A DNA stretch of 58,285 nt, filler included, from Jimgerdemannia flammicorona (lineage: Eukaryota): NCBI GenBank assembly GCA_003990765.1. It is 3 parts of 3 records of this genome, joined end to end, with 100 filler letters (N's around TTAATTAATTAA, not from the genome) between each part and the next. Parts side by side here need not be neighbours in the genome. Positions count along the whole stretch, not along the records: positions 38,930 to 58,285 come from RBNJ01001956.1; 2 more parts are not named here. One strand, written 5' to 3'. This document shows, in pieces, positions 52,400-58,285 of the stretch; the stretch's first letter is position 1; every line of letters begins with the position of its first letter. The position numbers and the translations under genes were made by a program. The notes beneath the pieces were generated by a model that made no database searches, was not told the origin of the DNA, and saw only the letters and a program-made list of their open reading frames with translations.

Positions 52400-55300
52400 A
52401 TTCAGCTAGTAGCTTTATTTCAGTAGACTTGTTTACTAGATATTCTCAATATGAATAGTATAACTAGAATCTTCTCTTTGAATGTTAATGAGCTATAGAG
52501 AGTAGTAAGGTATCAAAATATCTTTGGCTAGCTAAAGGGGTTAGATGTAGATTTGTTCCTACTATAGAATATTGTATACAATAGAGACTTGGATATTCTG
52601 GACTGAATGCAGAAATAGGGTAATGTGGCTATATGTGGGTATTCTAGTTAGAAAGGATGAAGGGGATATTGAGGACATTAGACATTGGGGGAGTAGAGTA
52701 GTGTAGGGAGTTTGGAAGAAATCAGACTAGCAACTCTTGACTGTTGGATCATACTATTGTCCAGTAGAAAGGGGGGAGAGAGTGGAATGGATTCAAGGGC
52801 TACAAGAGTCTGAAGCATTGGTGGAGGCAGAGATTGACTGTCTAGATAGGAACTTCAATATGATATATGATAAGAAGATAGACAGAACTACTAAGAGAAG
52901 GAGAATAACTAGTAGAAGTGATGATATAGAAGTCTGAGAGGAAGTTGAATGTCTGAGTTCATTAGTGGATACTGGGAGACTTGGATGGAGGGATTGTAGA
53001 GTCTATACTTACTAAGTAATAGAGTTGGACTTAAGAATCAACTGAGTATTGACTGCTGAATACTGGGAAGTTGATATCTGAAGGACTTTGAAAACTATTT
53101 GGTATCTGTAGTCTGATCACTAGGGCCTTCTAGGAGGGGAAAGTTTTGGGGGAAGTAGAGAGGGGCCTGAACATTGGTACCTAAATACCTCATTGCTAGA
53201 AGAGGTCTCCTTATAAGATATATAGGTGATAGATATTAGCTTCAGAATACTTGGCTAGAGAGTAAAGAGGCTACTGATTAGAGATCATTGAAGATGACTG
53301 AAGTCAGATACATAATAGTACTGGGGGGGGGGCAGGAAGGTCACATGGTACTTAGAGGAGAAAGTGAGTGAGATAGATCTCTCAGAGGTTGGTAAGATTG
53401 TTGGTAACTTAGACAGATCTGTTGAATAATAGTTAGGAGAGGGATTGGAAGATCCAGTGGATCTGGCTGGAGGTGGAGGAGTTGAAGGGATTACTGAGGT
53501 AGGAGGAAGATCTACAGGTATGGAGTATAGCAGTCTGGCTGAGATAGCAGAAATTGAAGAAGAGGGAGAGGCCTATAAAGTTTTTATCACAACTTCTGCA
53601 GGTAAGGAGGGTATGGCAGAGATGAGAGGGGGTATTGAATGAGGCAGGGGAGTTAGTTGTTAGTATACTAGAGATTTTGGACTAGTTGAGTTTATAGTAG
53701 AGGTGATGATAGAGTGAGGAGTAAGAGAGGGTGGGGGTGCTGGACATTGACAGACACCTAGAGAACTAATACTCTGATCTGGCAGTAGGCTTAGGTGACC
53801 TTGGTGCTTCTGTCTGAGGGAAGGAGATTTGGCAGATAGTGACAATGATAAGCTTAGAGACAGTACCAGAGAAAGATGACTTACTGTGGGATTTTTGAAA
53901 GAAGATGGCAGAAGTTAAGCTGGTTCTGGAGGAGATGATGGAGATGTATGATGAAGTCATTGGCTCTAGGATATAGATTGGGTGGCAGTGCTTGGGTCTT
54001 GTGGCTCTGCTGTTTAAGAATAAAGAGAGGAGAAAGAAGTGAAAAAATTGAAGGCCAATCATACTTCTGAATATAGATAGTAAGCTAATTACAAAGATAC
54101 TAGTAGCTAGGCTATAAGGAGTGGCTCAGCAGATACTGGGAGCTGATCAGAGAGGATTTGTAGAGAGATGTCTGATCAGAGACAGGACTACTTGAGTGCA
54201 TGATATTATTAAAGGAACTTATACCACTGAGATAGATAGATAGCTGGTTTTTTTTGGACCAAGAGAAGGTCCATAACAGGGTCCAGTAAGTGTGATTAGA
54301 AGAAGTGCTAAAGTATACAGTAGTCCTCCCTGGGGTCTGGTGGGTCTTAGTGGCCTGCTGGAAAAGAGTCAGACAGTAATTATGGTAAATAGATATAGGG
54401 GGATTTCAATCCTTCTGGAAAGGAGAGTGCTGCAGGGAGATCCACTATCTGATCCTGTATATGCTATCCCTGGAGTCTCTTTTGGATAGGATTCAGTGAA
54501 AGATGGGAGAGTTGGATATTCTGGGGGTTAATTGGAAGATAGGGGCCTTCACTGACAATATAGTGGTCAGGTTGGAGTTGATAGAGGATATGGTGATACT
54601 AAAAGGTATAGTAGAGTAGTATGAGGGGTGCTTGGGTGCTAAGCTCAACTGGTATAAGTGTGAGACTTTGGTATTGAGAGGAGGAATAGTAGGCAAGGAT
54701 GAAATTGGAATAATTATCTCTATAGGAGAGACTATTCACTATCTGGAGATCTACTTCTTAGTGTATGGCTTCTTGTTATCTTATAAATAGTGATAGCAGC
54801 AGTTGGCAGAGTGGGGGAGTACTCTCTTAGGGTGGAATGATCATTATATATCTCTGGCAGAGAGGGTGATAGTGCTGAATATATACTGGTTACCTAAGCT
54901 ATAGTATCTGGGGTACCACTTGGACCTTCTAGCATAGGTGATCAAGAGATTATTAAAGATGGCTAGGACCTAGATATGGGCAGAGTGATGGAGTCAGATT
55001 GGCTGGGAGATGTTGACCTTACCAGTGGACTGGAGAGGCCTGGGTCTGGTGGATTTTTCCAAATATCTTCATTGCCTACAGGTATGATGGCTGAAGCAAG
55101 CTAGTGAGTTGAGGGGCAGAGAGTAGGTTCCTCTCATACAGAGAGTGTGGGAGGCCCAGTTCTCCCCCCATGGTGTGACTGGGGACCTACTATCTCTAGT
55201 GACCTTAAATAGGAGTCAGAGGATGTGCTTTAGGAGATTCTTGTAGAGAGTGGTTGATGGGGCTCACTATATTGGTCTCTGATAGTAGAGTAATGAGAGA

Positions 55301-56181
55301 GAGGAGGACTAGAGATCCAGATGTGAAGGTGGGACTGCCTTCTATTGGGTGGAGTATCAGTGGATGACTTCTGCTTAGAGGATAGTATAGAGTGTCTTCA
55401 GGAGCATAAGAGAGATCTGTGGCCTAAGGTATGGCAGGGAATAGAGATTGGAAATGAGTAGAATTGGCATAGCATTTAGTTGTAGGGCAAGCAGATAGTG
55501 AGATAGATTTCCCTCAAGTTCTGGGTAGTATAGTGGAGACTTTTACAGTATAATATAATGTTGAACTACTAGTTGGGTCATTTGGTAGAAGAAGATACCT
55601 GGGAGTGCGAGGAGTATCTGAATATCAGACAGAAGTAGAGAGTGGTACAGACTTCTGAACATTGGCTAGGAGAGTGTGAGGTAATGGGTGACTTTTGGAG
55701 AACAATTGAAGTATAGTTGGGGGTATATCTATCAGAACTGATGAGAGAGAGAGAGATGGAGGGACCTCTGAAGGATGCTGGTAGAGGGGTTGGGGGATAA
55801 GTGACTAATATTGGAATGAGTACTAGCTATTTGGGTCAGACTTACTAGACATTGGCTATATATATTTGAAGATAATCAATGGCTACTACTGAGGGTGAGG
55901 GTTGCTAGATGGGAGTAGCTGATGATAGACTTGTTGAATGAGTGGTAGAGGGGGGGAAGTATTGGTGGGGAGTATCAGAGGTGACTAGTGGAGATAATAT
56001 GTAGGAAGAGTGAGAGAAGGATTGGGGTGGCTTGGGGGTGGACAGCATTTTTGGGGGAATAGTTAGAGAAAGAAGAAGCCTCTCTGTGGGATTAAGTGAG
56101 AGGTTTATTTATATTAGTATACTATAGACAGTTTTGTAATAAAGTAGAAGTTCTTGTGACTATAAAAAAAAAATAAAAAAA
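52400..56181 (+). mobile_element. L1/Tx1-like LINE ORF2 relic with poly(A) tail
   Basis: Colinear with 35070-38829. ATG at 52451 (MNSITRIFSLNVN) and VLQGDPLS at ~54430. Ends AATAAAGTAGAAGTTCTTGTGACTAT(A)n. The 5' boundary is approximate. Confidence 0.9.
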
Positions 56182-57175
56182 TAACTTGATTTGGCAGATA
56201 ATTTAGTTTTGGTATAGATTCTTCTGAATCAGTAAGCTCTTCTGAGAATATCAGATAACTTGATAATTCAGATAGTTCAGATGATATAGATAATTTGGAT
56301 GGCTTGGATAATTCAGAGGATTAATAATTCAATAGCTTGGATAGTGGGTAACTTAGATATGTAACTTAGAGAACTTGGATAGTAGATTCTTGGTAAAGTT
56401 ATATCAAAGACTGGTTTCATTTGCATAGGGTTATATCATAGACTGGCTCTACTGTAAAGTTATATCAGAAGACTGACTTTGTGGTAAGATTGCAAGCTCT
56501 CTGAGAATGGCAGATTCTCTTCAGGCTTATCTGATAAGTAAACCAAAATATTATGGCTTATTCCTTAAGTAGTGGGTTTCTCTTCAAAAGGCAGCAAAGA
56601 TCTTTACTTGAACTTGGACAGTAAATACTCTTGAACTCATTCTTTGTATTGGAAAGTAGACCAGAGTAGAAATGATAAAGCTCATAATCTCTTAGCAGTA
56701 TGTAGCTGTAGAGTTTCTCTCAAAGTGTAGTAGGCAGACTTATCTTTTGCTTTAGATTTAATTTTAGACTAAGGTATATTCACTCTTGTCTTTGGAGTAT
56801 TTTATATAGTTGTGATTACTATCTGGTTACTATATGGCTAATTATAGAAGGCTATTTATGGCAGGTGTTTCTAGTTCAGTATAAGTATTCAGATCCTGTA
56901 TAAGTGTTCAGATCCTGTACATATATTCAGATTCTATATAAGTGTTCAGATCTTATATAGATAAATATAACCTTTCTGATATATCTGGCTAATTATATAA
57001 GTTGTTATGATAAAGCAGTCCTAGATATCTTCAGACATATTTGACTGTATTTTGTATACTCAGATATATTTAACTATCTTTTTATATACTCATGACTATT
57101 AAGTATATCTACTATATAGTTATTTTATAATATTTTTAGTACAATTTTTGTTATTTATCACATCAGCCCCCACTA
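56182..57175 (-). mobile_element. Probable LTR relic of another gypsy element, with internal short tandem repeats
   Basis: Ends ...ATCACA (57160) next to a C-rich PPT-like complement. Contains four 19-bp repeats TAAGTGTTCAGATCCTGTA (56882-56957). Confidence 0.4.
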
Positions 57176-57246
57176 AAGGATAGACTATCCTCAGACTATC
57201 CTTTAGTCATCATTCCAATATATATAAGTATCATTAGTATTAATAC

Positions 57247-57731
57247 TGTAATGTAGCGGACACTTACTCTTGAAAGTACGTCAGATTTCTGTATCTTGAA
57301 AACTTGACTGTTCTGACTCTCGCAGAGTCTCTTGAAGTGGCAGGGGAGGTGGGTGAGTTCGAAGTGTATCTGCCCGCAGGCTTACTAGTTCCTTTGCTAT
57401 CTCTTTGCTTTGAACTATTTCGATCTGAGGTTTATTCTCTCAAAGATACTGGGTTATTTATACAAGTTTGCTAGCTATGAGAGGGTGGCTAAGTAATAAA
57501 TGAGTCATTTGGACTTTGTCAAAACATTTAGACAATATCTAAATGCTATACTAAATCGGGGTATCCAATTTGGATAATGTTCAAAATTTAGACAATGTCT
57601 AAGAATTTAGACATTGTCAAAATTGAGGACTGCTAACTATAATGCTATACTACTTTGAGAATGGGTGTGATCAAGTGTCTATTCCCTATTTCCTTCTTCC
57701 AAATCTGGCTGTACCATCACAACTTCCTCCT
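57247..57731 (-). mobile_element. 3' LTR (57247-57721) plus PPT of an LTR retrotransposon
   Basis: TGTAATG...CATCACA inverted termini with adjacent ACTTCCTCCT (AGGAGGAAGT on the minus strand). Confidence 0.7.
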
Positions 57732-57758
57732 GAATAGATAGTCTCATCCCTGAGGCAT

Positions 57759-58220
57759 CTATTCAAACTCCCAGGCTTCAATGGTCTGTATCATCTTGTA
57801 CTGTGCAATTTGCTGCATGACTGTCTCCCAATGATGTCTTCTCACTTTCTCAAAGTCAGTAGGGGTTACTCCTCTCAGGTGGTCTATCGCTGCTTCATCT
57901 TCTCGGAATAGCTTGTGGATCCTTTTGGCAATAGTGATCTGTGAGTGGGAGAGTTGACACTCGGCAATCCAGTCCTCCTTGGTCTTTGCTGGATCCTGAT
58001 TGAGCACCTGTCCAAGCTTGAAGTACTCTTGGAATTCTGCCCGATATTGATAGGCTCTGAAGTGTGAGATCCGAGAGAGATGAGTCTGCACAATACTCTG
58101 AATATCCTCATAGAATGGCTCTATGGTCGGAGGCTCAGTGGTGTGCCATTGTCTTTTGATGGCTCTTTGGGCAGCACTAGTGATCTTGAGTGCCATTGCG
58201 GTACTTTTGTTACTGGCCAT
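57759..58220 (-). CDS. 153-aa accessory ORF directly upstream of the PPT/3' LTR
   Basis: Intact ATG-to-stop ORF with helical, protein-like composition, ending about 28 nt before the PPT. Confidence 0.7.
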   Translation of the reverse strand: MASNKSTAMALKITSAAQRAIKRQWHTTEPPTIEPFYEDIQSIVQTHLSRISHFRAYQYRAEFQEYFKLGQVLNQDPAKTKEDWIAECQLSHSQITIAKRIHKLFREDEAAIDHLRGVTPTDFEKVRRHHWETVMQQIAQYKMIQTIEAWEFE

Positions 58221-58285
58221 GATATTTCTTGAGTCGGTTTCGGTGAATGGTGGTGGGGATTATTGTGCCTGAGGGTTTTCGTAGC

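Overview
Eukaryotic, intron-containing fungal DNA. The Crinkler-type gene and TE spectrum suggest an early-diverging Mucoromycota-like fungus; this is inference only. The window is three separate contigs of about 19.4 kb (1-19370, 19471-38829, 38930-58285) joined by artificial 100-nt N spacers containing TTAATTAATTAA. Most of it is CpG-depleted, decayed retroelements: L1/Tx1-like LINEs, chromodomain Ty3/gypsy elements and a second APE-RT LINE family. CpG-rich islands carry a divergent poly(A) polymerase gene, a putative mitochondrial protein gene, an F-box gene, a CRN/AAA-ATPase/nuclease pseudogene, BACK and ankyrin fragments, an old gypsy pol relic and a 37-bp satellite. Three signals stand out. 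(1) Five copies of an APE-RT LINE form a head-to-tail array, and four of their 3' ends abut short (TTAGGG)n tracts in a fixed phase, the architecture expected of a telomere-priming retrotransposon. (2) A chromovirus has a ~2-kb LTR that carries a reconstructable ~410-aa PPxY-containing ORF. (3) A PAP paralog keeps its catalytic aspartates but has altered substrate-pocket motifs.
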